DNA of 63,435 nt, filler included, from Phoronis australis (Eukaryota; Animalia; Phoronida), in the NCBI GenBank assembly GCA_002633005.1. It is 8 parts of 8 records of this genome, joined end to end, with 100 filler letters (N's around TTAATTAATTAA, not from the genome) between each part and the next. Parts side by side here need not be neighbours in the genome. Positions count along the whole stretch, not along the records: positions 26,295 to 48,895 come from NMRA01001337.1; 7 more parts are not named here. One strand, written 5' to 3'. The translations under genes were made by a program, and so were the position numbers. This document shows positions 35,542-47,780 of the stretch, piece by piece. The notes beneath the pieces were generated by a model. It was not told where the DNA came from, searched no databases, and saw only the letters and a program-made list of their open reading frames with translations. Each line of letters opens with the position of its first letter. Position 1 is the first letter of the stretch.

Positions 35542-36744
35542 TTAATTAACTACATGTGTAATATTGTCTTTACACAGCTCCAACTAATATGTATTTTACT
35601 GTATCCTATTGATTGTCTTTCTGTTTCACACTGTGCATCACAGGCCCTTGAGTTTATCTGCTCCTCGATTACCACTGACACAACTCACTGTAATAAAACG
35701 TGTGGCTATGAGTCATTGGGAAATTCGTCAGCCTGTGCTATACACGATCAATGCTTTTACTAAGTAATAATCATGATGGTCACTGGTCAGTCTTACATGT
35801 CACATTAGGCGCAGGACTGCTTGTATAATATAGAATTATAACACAAACATTAGTGTGTCGTTCTCTACCTCTATAATTGACCTAGAGGTAACATTTTAAT
35901 TCCACAATTTACACCAATATTTGTTTACCACATAGGTGCATTTGCTCCCAATCGTCAGTACATTAGTTTTCTAAATAAACTAGACAGAACTCCATTAGAC
36001 CCTACCACATTTGGACGAACTTCTCGTCGTTAAATCAAACCTTTGTATCGATTAAATAGCATTTTAGTCCAATACTAGAATCCAATGTGAAGTTACTTTG
36101 CCTTGCCGCTATTATGTTTTTTGTGAAATTAATGGACACTGGAGGCAACTTAGAGCGAGGTGCAACACCATGGCCTGGTGAGATTTACCGAGAATTGTTT
36201 TTGTGGAAAAGAAGTGGAAATTTAGTCACTGTTTTGTGCGTGAAAGTTGTCGAGTTCCGATGTTTTCCTTTTTTGAAAACTTCTGAGGATGGTTACTCGA
36301 TGGAAAGAGTGTTTTTATGCACCTGGCCTCAGTTGTACGAGCAACATTTGAGTAGAACTTAGGAATTTGGCTGTGAAGGATTCTAGATGCCTTGCATTTT
36401 CTCAATTCGATATGTTTTATAGTACGATAAGTCTACTATTTCATTTCAAACAAATAAACTAAACCATATACACTTTTTTAACTTGATCCCAACTGCAAGG
36501 AAGTTTCGGCTTAGCATGTTTTTACTGTAGATTCAATCTGCAGAGTCATTTTGAGCGCTGGAAGCGATGCAGCAGTAAAAGGTCGAACTGCTCTTTTATT
36601 ACGCATTCGATGTAAAGTTGTAACTGCCCTATGTGCAAATTTTGGCCAGCTAGTAGGACTTTATTGGCGTTTCAAAGTAGCGTGAACGTGAACTAAAACT
36701 CTTTATTAGGCACGTCCCGAAGACTTGGAAACCAAATCCTGTCA

Positions 36745-37380
36745 TTAAGTATGGATAGAAGACCAACTGAGAAGGTGATTGCCTTTAAATATCTTGGACT
36801 GATATATGATCAAAATCTTAAATTCTCTCACTACGTTGATTATATCTCGAAAAAGGTGTCTAAGAAAATTGGCGTATTGAAACGCATCAGTAAATTTGTG
36901 AACAGAGTAACTCTGAAAACACTTTTTAATGCTCATTCAACCTCACCTAGATTATTGCCTCCCGGTGTGGGGCGTTGCATCAGACAAGGATATGAAAACT
37001 ATCCAGGTTATCTAAAATAGGGCTGCCCGGTTTATTCTGGGAGCTGGTGTTAGAGATATTTATATTGAAAACCTTCATAAAGAGAAATAATGAAAATACA
37101 CACAAGATATCAATTCCTTTCAGCTGGTTGTATGTACAAATGTTTCAAACGACTTGTCCCAACATACTTAAGTGCTAAGTTTAAGATGACTACTAATCGC
37201 TACAATACTAGGTCCTCATTATCACCAAATTTCAATCTTCTTAAACCCAGAAACGAAACTGGGAAAAATCATGTTACCACAGCGGGCCCAATTTATGGAA
37301 CACTCTCCCTGCAGATGCCAAATCTGCATCATCCTTTATAACCTGTAAAAGAATTGTAAATAACATATTTAACTTCACGA
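36745..37380 (+). mobile_element. Decayed CR1/L2-group LINE ORF2 C-terminus
   Basis: FKYLGLIYDQNLKFSHYVDYISKKVSKKIG.LKR, then frameshifted IQPHLDYC.PVWG and NRAARFILG, MYKC...VPTYL, YNTRS, WNTLP; contains stops and frameshifts. Confidence 0.85.
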
Positions 37381-37437
37381 AGATGTGTTTTGTTGAGCAA
37401 TTTAACATCCAGTATCCCCATATCAGACTATTTTTTC

Positions 37438-37637
37438 ATGTGTACATATGTGTATGTGTGTGTGTGTGTCCATGTAGTTGTGTATTCATGTGCATGTTTG
37501 TATTTATGTACGTATGTATGTATGTATGTATGTATGTATGTACGCATGTATGTATGTATGTATGTATGTGTGTATGTATGTATGTATGTATGTGTGTATG
37601 TGTGTATGTATGTGAGTGTGTATTTATATACGTATGT
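37438..37637. repeat. (TG)n/(TATG)n microsatellite
   Basis: Directly visible; accounts for the repetitive YVCM and HTYI ORFs. Confidence 0.95.
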
Positions 37638-40148
37638 GGTGGTCATTCTCCAAAGTTGTCGTGTAACTCACCTTAAAGCGTACATCACGCTCCGTGTTTA
37701 CAAGACTTTGTAAGCAGTTTTCAAACTTTCCTCCAAACTCTTGGGGGTTATTGAGAATTACAGAGCAATATTTTGATTCTGAGGACTGAATGGAAAGTAA
37801 TTGTTGATATCTGGGAATTGGCCAAAATCGCGGGTTTGGTATCTTTAGATGTTGTGCGACCGCGCCTCTATTTGGCACGCGCTTCGTAATATCACTTTCT
37901 TGCAAAAAAGCAAGAATTCGCAAGATTTCGCGAGACATCATTATTGCCACGTACTGCCAGCAAAACACGTAACAATACTAACTGTGCTAGCGAGATTCTT
38001 GCCCCTGCGACACTCTTCAATGGAATGATAACTGAACGAAGGAAAGTTGTAATGATCCGTCCTCGCGCCGAGGGAGTAACAGTGCAAGTCTCCTGCATTT
38101 AGCTACTCCTGTGACGCAAACGGTAACACTTTATATAAGAACATGTTATAATAAACAATTTACAGGCCAGCAAAACCTTTCATACCATTGCCAGTAAATA
38201 TCTCATTATCCAACTAAATGATGTAATAATTTAAATGCACAATACAGTTATAACAACTATAAGAACCTTAACTATCATTAGCATGTACAAAACTATAATT
38301 TATAACATACATGTATTAACAAAGTTGAACTTGGTGCACCAACTCAGCACGTCAAATTGCAAAAAATCATTACTGAGTTAATGGCCAGAAATAAAGCGCA
38401 TACAATTTCTTCAGTTGTTCCACATGACATAATTTTTTCAAAGATTGAATACCTCGAGAAATTTATCAAGAATTCCAGTTACCTTTTTTGGGTAACTACG
38501 CAAAATGACAAGCGTAGGATGTAGTCCGACATGGTGCGGGTTTAAAAGATTAAAAGTAACGACCTTCTGAAATTAAACCGAACAGCACGGAGGAATAAAG
38601 CTTTAACTAACTTCTGCAACCAGTACCAGTAATACCGGCTGTCTGGCAGAGATGTTGCATGTGCGTTATGCAAAATTACAATTGATTGTCTGACTGCTTC
38701 AAGGAATTGGCTATTATCCTAAGATACCAACTATCAGTTCGTAACAACGGGAAATTGCGATCTCGTTATTTGGATGGCAAACAAGAAATAAAATAGAAAA
38801 TAACATGTCGGGAAATATCATACTAGAAATACGAGTCAGAGAGGTTATGGATTAAAACGGAAAATCCAATGTTTGGCAAATTCTTGTAGCAGATCTGTTT
38901 AATAGCATTTTGACAAAACAAATAAAGGGTCTTTGGCACTACAAATGTAGAAATTGTGCATAAAATGAACACGGTGACTTGAAAATAACAAAGATGGTGA
39001 CTCATATCTGCATGTAGTACCAGTGAGTTAAAAGTTGAAGTAATTCACGACAAGCCTTAGAACCGCGATATGTATTCCACTCCAAATTGCACGTAACGAC
39101 TTCCACGGAAACTCAACAAAGACATGAATATTATGCACACACGATATTTACAAAATCACGTTCAAGTGACTTTAGAACATGGAAAATCTCGTAACAAAAT
39201 TCACTATGACGTAAATTCGTTTCAGGCGTCTCTTTCTCTTCAACATACATCTCATCGATTGGCACCACCCAACCTGCAAACGCATTGCTAAGGTCACAGA
39301 CGATGACAAAAATAGCATTTTTAAAAATGCAAAATAACAAAATTGCTCACATCACTTCTCCGTTACCGGAGCTGGAATTCAACCTGTGTCGCAAAATCAC
39401 GTCAAAAGATCTCATTTGTAAGCAATCCTAGACGTGCTTGTTATGACCAACGCAAAATGAGTGACAGATGGGTCACCCACATGATTGCATTGGTCTAACT
39501 GTGGAAGTGCTCTTGTGCCACATTTGCTTTGTGTTTGTGGAACTGCCCCAATAGTACTACGGTGGGCGTGGCCAGGCAGAGAGTTTGCTCGCCCAGTTGG
39601 CGAAGTGGAGAAAAGGTCCGCCTCAGAGAAACAAAAAGTCCCAGATAACGAGACAAAAAGTCCACTAAAAAGGCGCAAACGCACAATGCGCAGTTCTGGG
39701 CGTGGTACCTAGTTTATTTTTATTTGTTTTAGCCCTTTCGCCTCTTTTGTCGGTAAAACGTCCACGTCGTCGGAAGTTCGAGTCCCCCATATTAAAGGCT
39801 GGTTGCGCGCATGGAATACAAGTCTCGCCTACCACTTTATTCGTCCAGCGTCGCGACTACCTTGACGTTGCCCTTCCACATCTCTTGCACGGATAGCTCA
39901 TCTCCCACGATTTCATCCTCCGGAACGGGGTTGCCCTGGCCATTCTCAGTACCACTCCGAGGTTCACTCTCTAAACCCTGTAAGACCAGCACATAATGAG
40001 TAGAGGCACTCAGGTATAGAACACATGGCATTGGACATTGCTACGGATACTGTGTTCCGTTTTGATACCACGATGGGAAACAACAGAAAGTGATTGTAGT
40101 GGCTCTTGTTGGATACGTAACAAGCCACAGCAAACTGAAAGTTCCTGC

Positions 40149-41156
40149 TTAACCCTTCTTATTTAAAAAGGAACCATCTAGGGCCAGTTTCATGACGCGG
40201 ATATTTAGTGATGACGTGTCACGGCAGTAGATGACACAATTTGAACCCGGGAATAATAAATATGTCATTACACTGGGTCCAAGACGTCTTAATGACGTCA
40301 AAATGATGTCATGCTAAACATTACTATCAGAGTGATAAGTTTGATATGAATCAAAAGCTTTTCTTAGCGGAAGTTGGGTTTATAACAGGTTAATGGAAAC
40401 TGCCTACATTTGGCCTTTACATCAGTAAAAAAATAGCTTGTATTTTCAATGCATATTTTAAATGCGATCTTTACCAAATGAAATAGGATATTTCCTAGAA
40501 TTCGTTAATCACACAAATAATTACTAAAAAAATCAAGCCCAGCTGTCTGCAGTCATGTGACCACATATTTTCTAAGCAATCATTAATTTTCTCAAAAATC
40601 ACAGCAACTTAAGAAAAGGAGGATTTCACAAAAAAACTTCCAAATTCTACTTAACCCTTCTAATTTAAAAAGGAACCATTTAGGGCCAGTTTCATGACGC
40701 GCATATTTAGTGATGACGTGTCATGGCAGTAGCTATGACACAATTTGAACCCGGGAATAATATATGTCATCACACTGGCGGTCCAAGACGTCTTAATGAC
40801 GTCAAAATGATGTCATGCTAAAGATTCCTATCGGAGTGATAAGTTTGATATGAATCAAAAGCTTTTCTTAGCGGAAGTTGGGTTTGTAACAGTTTAATGG
40901 AAACTGCCTACATTTGGTCTTTACATCAGTAAAAAAATATTTTGTATTTTCAATGCAAATTTAAATGCAATCTTTAACACATGAAATAGGATATTTCCTA
41001 GACGGAACTTGTTAATCACACAAAGTAATTACTAAAAAATCATGCCCAGCTGTCAACAGTCATGTGACCACATATTTTCTAAGCCATCATTAATGTTCTC
41101 AAAAATCAAAGCAACTTCAGAAAAGGAGGATTTCACAAAAAAACTTCCAAATTCTG
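40149..41156. repeat. Tandem duplication of a roughly 502-bp unit (probable DNA-transposon end)
   Basis: Units start TTAACCCTTCT...AAAAGGAACCAT at 40149 and 40651; the same junction appears at 42321 in the duplicated copy. Confidence 0.9.
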
Positions 41157-43477
41157 ATTCGTTATCCCGTAGTTACAGAGGCATGTCCGTAATGTTCTGT
41201 TTACGCCTTTTAGCCGGAGAACTAAGCAGTAAAAATATTTTTTTGAAAGTTGCTGAAAGCTGTCATCTAAAAGGCATTCGACAAATATTCCCAGACAAGC
41301 TATTTGAAGCCCATACAGTTAGAAACTTTACAGAATTGACAAATGTGGGATTTTTTCATTAGGTTAAGTCAGTGGATGCGATTTAAGCGAAAAATAACAT
41401 TTTTTTAACAATATCATCATCGGAATATGTACAGATAACTGAGCATCCTATTTGAGCACATAACGCTAAATCATCGTGAGAGAACGGGTCCTATATTTTT
41501 GTATTCGTGCGCGCCGAATGAAAGTAATCTTGAATGTTGCTGCGTTGCTAAATCTCTTATTCTGAGCCGATTTGAAAAATTCAAAGTTGTGCCAACATTT
41601 TTTTCTCTCCTCTTTTCAAATATTACACTCAAAACTACGTAAAACGCTCTTCTTAAAAAGTTCGATCATCTAGGCTAGATTGTAACAAAGACGCTACGGT
41701 CTCTGATTGTAATCAGCTGATCGTATCCGCATGAGCGAAGCCAATGGGGCTATTCGGTGAATGCTCCTCGCAGTGTCGCTGCTGTACTAGTGGTGATTGA
41801 CTTGCGCATGCGTGGCTGTCTGCATGTAAACAACTTGTAAAAGATGGAGTTGTTATCAAAAGACGTCGTCGCGCTAAGCCTTATTACTGCTGATTTCCCT
41901 GGTGCAAGTCTTCGACAGGTTGCCACGAATTCCCAAAAGACCTAAGGTTACTATATTCGTGGACAATTACGGTCAAAAGGGTCAACTAATTGACAAAAAG
42001 TGTGTGGATGCTTAAGCCCCGTGTGTGCTCTATGCCAGCAGTTCCANGTTTATAACAGGTTAATGGAAACTGCCTACATTTGGCCTTTACATCAGTAAAA
42101 AAATAGCTTGTATTTTCAATGCAAATTTTAAATGCGATCTTTACCAAATGAAATAGGATATTTCCTAGAATTCGTTAATCACACAAATAATTACTAAAAA
42201 AATCAAGCCCAGCTGTCTGCAGTCATGTGACCACACATTTTCTAAGCAATCATTAATTTTCTCAAAAATCACAGCAACTTAAGAAAAGGAGGATTTCACA
42301 AAAAAACTTCCAAATTCTACTTAACCCTTCTAATTTAAAAAGGAACCATCTAGGGCCAGTTTCATGACGCGGATATTTAGTGATGACGTGTCATGGCAGT
42401 AGCTATGACACAATTTGAACCCGCGAATAATATATGTCATCACACTGGGTCCAAGACGTCTTAATGACGTCAAAATTATGTCATGCTAAAGATTCCTATC
42501 TGAGTGATAAGTTTGATATGAATCAAAAGCTTTTCTTAGCGGAAGTTGGGTTTATAACAGTTTAAAGGAAACTGCCTACATTTGGTCTTTACATCAGTAA
42601 AAAAATATTTTGTATTTTCAATGCAAATTTAAATGCAATCTTTACCACATGAAATAGGATATTTCCTAGAACTCGTTAATCACACAAAGTAATTACTAAA
42701 AAAATCATGCCCAGCTGTCAACAGTCATGTGACCACATATTTTCTAAGCCATCATTAATGTTCCCAAAAATCAAAGCAACTTCAGAAAAGGAGGATTTCA
42801 CAAAAAAACTTCCAAATTCTGATTCGTTATCCCGTAGTTACAGAGGCATGTCCGTAATATTCTGTTTACGCCTTTTAGCCGGAGAACTAAGCAGTAAAAA
42901 TATTTTTTTTGAAAGTTGCTGAAAGCTGTCATCTAAAAGGCAGTCGACAAAAATTCCCAGACAAGCTATTTGAAGCCCATACAGTTAGAAACTTTACAGA
43001 ATTGACAAATGTGGGATTTTTTTCATTAGGTTAAGTTGATGCGATTTAAGCGAAAAATAACTAGAGATAACTGAGCATCACATTTGAGCACACAACGCTG
43101 AATCGTCGTGAGAGAACGGGTCCTATATTTTTGTATTCGTGCGCGCCGAATGAAAGTAATCTTGAATGTTGCTGCGATACTAAATCCGTCTTATTCTGAG
43201 CCGATTTGAAAAATTCAAAGTTGTGCCAACATTTTTTTCTCTCCTCTTTTCAAATATTACACTCAAAACTACGTAAAACGCTCTTCATAAAAAGTTCGAT
43301 CATCTAGGCTAGATTGTAACAAAGACGCTACGGTCTCTGATTGTAATCAGCTGATCGTATCCGCATGAGCGAAGCCAATGGGGCTATTCGGAGAATTCTC
43401 CTCGCGGTGTCGCTGCTGTACTAGTGGTGATTGAATTGCGCATGCGTGGCTGTCTGCATGTAAACAACTTGTAAAAG

Positions 43478-44420
43478 ATGGAGTTGTTATCAAAAGACGT
43501 CGTCGCGCTAAGCCTTATTACTGCTGATTTCCCAGGTGCAAGTCTTCGACAGGTTGCCACGAATTCCCAAAAGACCTAAGGTTACTATATTCGTGGACAA
43601 TTGCGGTCAAAAGGGTCAACTAATTGACAAAAAGTGTGTGGATGCTTAAGCCCCGTGTGTGCTCTATGCCAGCAGTTCCATTCGGAGACTACACAACATT
43701 ACTTGGTAAGTTTTTAGCAATCAAGTTTCTATCAACATCGTTTGGTGATGTTATCCCCACCAGTTACCCCACTGAATAACAGGTTTATTGAGTGGAACTA
43801 GTGTTTCTTTTAGGAAACTCACCCGATGCCAGGTAGGCTAGCAGCACATGTATTCATATTGTCCTACTAGGTGGGAGTGCTCAGTGCTCCAAAATAAGAG
43901 GTGTATGGTACGTGATGCACAGAAGTCAAGGGTGACTTTTTCACAGCAGTTTCTCTTCAAAACTATGCTGTTTCCAATAAAATTCTCTAGATGTGTGAGT
44001 TTCCTGATTTTATCGTGGACTCCACCCCCAGGACTACCAGATCAGTTATCGAATCAACATGAATAAGCCTTAATTAAGTAAATGTCGTAACATTGTATTG
44101 GAAGAAAAATTGACACCTAGAATGAATTTTACTTGTTGAGATCACATTTTAAGTGTCATGAAAAATACACATTGTTAAATCACTTTTAGCCTGTTTCACA
44201 TATTTTAATTCAGATATTAAATAAGACTTGGGTACAAAGGTTGTTATTTTCTACACATAAACATGAAAATGAAACGTCAAGTATGTTCTGCCTTACAAAA
44301 GTAGTTTTGTCTTGTCCTTTCCTTTACAATTTGGTAATATTTCTCCAACTAGTCTGTTACAGGTGAGCGAAAACAACTGAAACCAACCGCCCGACAATTT
44401 ATTTTACCTTTAGACAAAGT
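43478..44420 (+). pseudogene. Decayed two-exon THAP gene (exons 43478-43705 and 44363-about 44420); exon 1 is also present at about 41844-42046
   Basis: YYC*FPRCKSSTGCHEFPKDLRLLYSWTIAVKRVN*LTKSVW.../LCQQFH, donor G|GTAAG, then acceptor TTACAG|GT giving GERKQLKPTA/PTIYF. THAP motifs are present with stops and frameshifts, and the splice phase is consistent. Confidence 0.75.
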
Positions 44421-44774
44421 GAAAAGCAATCCTTCAGCAATAACCTGAGAAAATTGAACATAATTCAGAAATTAGCACTTGATATGCCTGAGTATGGACT
44501 CCCTCGCAATGTTGTTTCTTTCTGTGCTTTTTCAGTTTGCCATTTGTTTTTAAATACATTGATAATTGTTTATTCTCGAATCTTGTGCATAGCAGATTCT
44601 TATCTAGCTAGCTACAATTGAAAACATACAATTGAAGACAATTGATGCAATCACTGAATGTCATTTCCCCATAATGTGTACCAAATTGAAAATTTTTTAC
44701 CAATAGTATAAAGCCTTTCTTCTGAAAGGAAAATTTAATGTCACTCAGCTTTTGGCTTTCATTTCACTGGGATC

Positions 44775-45780
44775 TAGTTTCAATGGCCTATAGAAGCGCT
44801 TGTAAAAAAGGTCCAATTTCGACACGTGGCTTACTTTCATGTAACCTCATTCAGCCTCAATAACATCCACAATTAGACCCTTGAAGGTAAACACAGCAGC
44901 ATATCACTTGAACTATTTTGAACCCAAAATCAGACCAGAGTGTCACTAGGTCTTCTTTAGCTTCAGTCCCTCATGTTTCTTCCAGGAAAGGAAATAAGCT
45001 ATTGTCCACACGTGACTCATTGCCTATGACAGGGCATCCTCACCAACAAGGCTTGCTTGTGTAGCAGTCAGATATAGTTCGTCTGAATACACAGACAGTC
45101 CACTGGCACATTGTCTTATGGTAACTTAGTACNTTTAATGTCACTCAGCTTTTGGCTTTCATTTCACTGGGATCTAGTTTCAATGGCCTATAGAAGCGCT
45201 TGTAAAAAAAGGTCCAATTTCGACACGTGGCTTTCTTTCATGTAACCTCATTCAGCCTCAATAACATCCACAATTAGACCCTTGAAGGTAAACACAGCAG
45301 CATATCACTTGAATCGTTTTGAGCCCAAAATCAGACTCTGAACTAGACCAGAGTGTCACTAGGTCTTCTTTAGCTTTAGTCCCTCATGTTTCTTCCAGGA
45401 AAGGAAATAAGCTATTGTCCACACGTGACTTATTGCCTATGAAAGGGCATCCTCACCAACAAGGCTTGCTTGTGTAGCAGTCAGATATAGTTCGTCTGAA
45501 TACACAGACAGTCCACTGGCACATTGTCTTATGGTAACTTTGTACTGCGATTCACATTTCTCCAGGGCCACTGACTTGTACATTGTGCCATGCAGCACTG
45601 CTGGTGTGTGGAAGTGCTGTGGGAAGAGAAAGGAGTAACAAAGCTTCTCTATGATACAGCTTGAAGTGGCTTTAAAATGTCACTGAATCTGGAACAAATA
45701 TTGAAATGTGAATAATTAAGTACTCCAGATTGGGTCAAAAACGTTATCCCTGTTGTTCAAAAATATATGGTGACTGCTCT
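44775..45780 (-). pseudogene. Decayed YqaJ / lambda-exonuclease-like ORF (partly duplicated across the N at 45133)
   Basis: Minus strand: KLCYSFLFPQHFHTPAVLHGTMYKSVALEKCE...SGLSVYSDELYLTATQASLVGED/CPFIG...FPFLE/LKKT**HSGLVQSLI...AVFTFKGLIVDVI...KLDLFYKRF. This is collinear with the YqaJ motifs HG..YE..A, GL.V...YL.ASPDGLV, KCP, H.Y..QVQGQ and KL..FY. Confidence 0.7.
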
Positions 45781-46089
45781 ACAGTTTCACATAAAATTAA
45801 ATAATTACTATTTTCAGAAACCAAGGGTGTATATAATAAGCATTGCATAAAACTGTGTCTTTATTTTTTATTCGGAGCCATAACAATTCTTTAAACGCAT
45901 CACTTGTCTGAAAAATATACAAGCTTTTTGAGACAACTTCAAACCTTTGTTACCCATTTTCAAGCCTTTTAATTTTGATACTTTCAGCAATTTGAAACTC
46001 CGATTACAGGTTCATGGGTCTGTCAAGAATACTTCTAGTCTAAGGTTGAGAGAACTGTTTCTCAGACTTTTAAATTTCTTCTAATTGTC

Positions 46090-47780
46090 TACAAGGGACA
46101 ACGGATTGTGATTCCGCAAGTGATGCGTTCCATAGCACTAAAGGTCTTACATGCCGCGCATCAGTGCAGTGTGAAGACAAAACAGCTGGCCAGAGATTTG
46201 ATGTTTTGGCCTGGAATGAACTCCCAAATTGAAGACATGGTTGGTAAATGTTCCGTATGCCAGGAAAACCGCAACAGTAACCAGAAGGAACCGTTGATGC
46301 CAACCCCGATTCCCACCAGGCCATGGGAACATGTCGCCATGGGCTTGTTTGATTACAATGGCACAAAGTATGTCATAGTCGTAGATTATTATTCAGATTT
46401 TTTTGAGTTTGAGCCAATGCAGTTCACCACAGGACAGAGGATAATACAGCAAGCTAAGAAATGGTTTAACTGTCATGGAATCCCAGAGAAGCTGACTAGT
46501 GACAATTTGCCACCTTTCAACAGGTTTGAATGGAAAGCCTTTGCGTCAAACTATGGTTTTGTCCATAACCTCATTTCACCCACATATAGCCAGGCAAATG
46601 GTATGGTGGAGAAAGCAGTTGGAATTGCCAAGAATCTGTTAAGGAAGTGTGAAAATGGAAATCTTTACTTAGGGTTGCTCCAGTTGAGAAATACCCCCAG
46701 AGACAATACAGGGTCACCCGCACAGAGGTTGTTTGGTAGGCGTACCAGAACCAAATTGCCAACAGCTCCATTGAAGCTACAGTTGGAAGTCCGCCCACCA
46801 GAGCAAGTCAGGCAACAGTTATTCCAGGACCGACATGTTCGTGCCAAATCATACTTCGATAGGAATGCCAAGCCGTTGTAGCAAATTCCACCTGAGTCAA
46901 CCATCCGAGTGAGAGCAGGAAGCAAGTGGAAACCTGCACAACTGATGCCTACTGACAACGCAAGCATGAACCCCAGGTCATACAATGTGAAACTCCCGAG
47001 TGCACACATCACAAGAAGGAACAGGCGACACTTACTACCAGCGAGGGAACAGGACATTTACAAACCACCGCAGCTGGAGTTCGACGACCCCACACAACCA
47101 GCTACGTTCGACAGTACCCCAGAGTGCCTACCCAAGAGCACATGCCCCATCCCTTACAACCACCAGTGTTTCATGGGCCTCAGTCACCACCCACACCCCA
47201 GTCACTACCCAGCCCCCCTATTGTTCCACTTAGTGCGAACACTGGTATTGGTAGACCCACTGTAATAACTAGATCAGGTCGCAGTTCCCAAGTACCGTCT
47301 AAGTATAAGGAATTTCGTCCAGTAGATAAGCATTTACACTGTTAGTTTAGATTCAACAGGTATTGAAGTAAGTTGTTAAATCTGAGTAGTTTCTTCAGAT
47401 TGCTTTTGTTGGGAGACATCACTCGTTTCTTACCCCATTTGCTTTGTATAAGTGAGACGTGATTTTTTTTCGCTCTTCTAGTCATGTTTAGCACACTGCT
47501 GATAACACGTTTACCTTACGTAGTCACATTTATTTTTTGTTCACACCAGTACATTGTTTTTTTCTGTAGAAGAAAAGGTGTTATGTATAGCGCCACCCGG
47601 CGTCGAATACAGTAGTATCTAACACGGACACGAGTTGTCTCTTGTCTCTTCAGCTTCGGCCTTTCCTGCGTATATGACAAAGGTGAATAAATACGGTCTT
47701 GTTCAATCGACCAAACCCCACAGTTTTCCCTGATCAGTGGGGTTGTGACGTCATCTAGTTTAGTGGGAATGTTCACAACA
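46090..47780 (+). mobile_element. Ty3/Gypsy LTR retrotransposon 3' fragment: integrase, polypurine tract (PPT) and 3' LTR (47579-47780)
   Basis: H2C2 domain (LHAAHQ...FWPGMNSQIEDMVGKCSVCQ) and rve core (PWEHVAMGLF...VVDYYS...TSDN...SQANGMVEKAV). The first catalytic Asp is Gly and there is an in-frame stop at 46879-46881. PPT AGAAGAAAAGG directly precedes a 202-bp TGTT...AACA LTR containing AATAAA. Confidence 0.92.

Noticed and set aside
39840-40045. Minus-strand frame with four in-frame TGA codons as a selenoprotein
   Set aside because: No selenoprotein-like context such as CxxU, no SECIS element recognised, and TGA clustering is expected by chance in GA-rich sequence.
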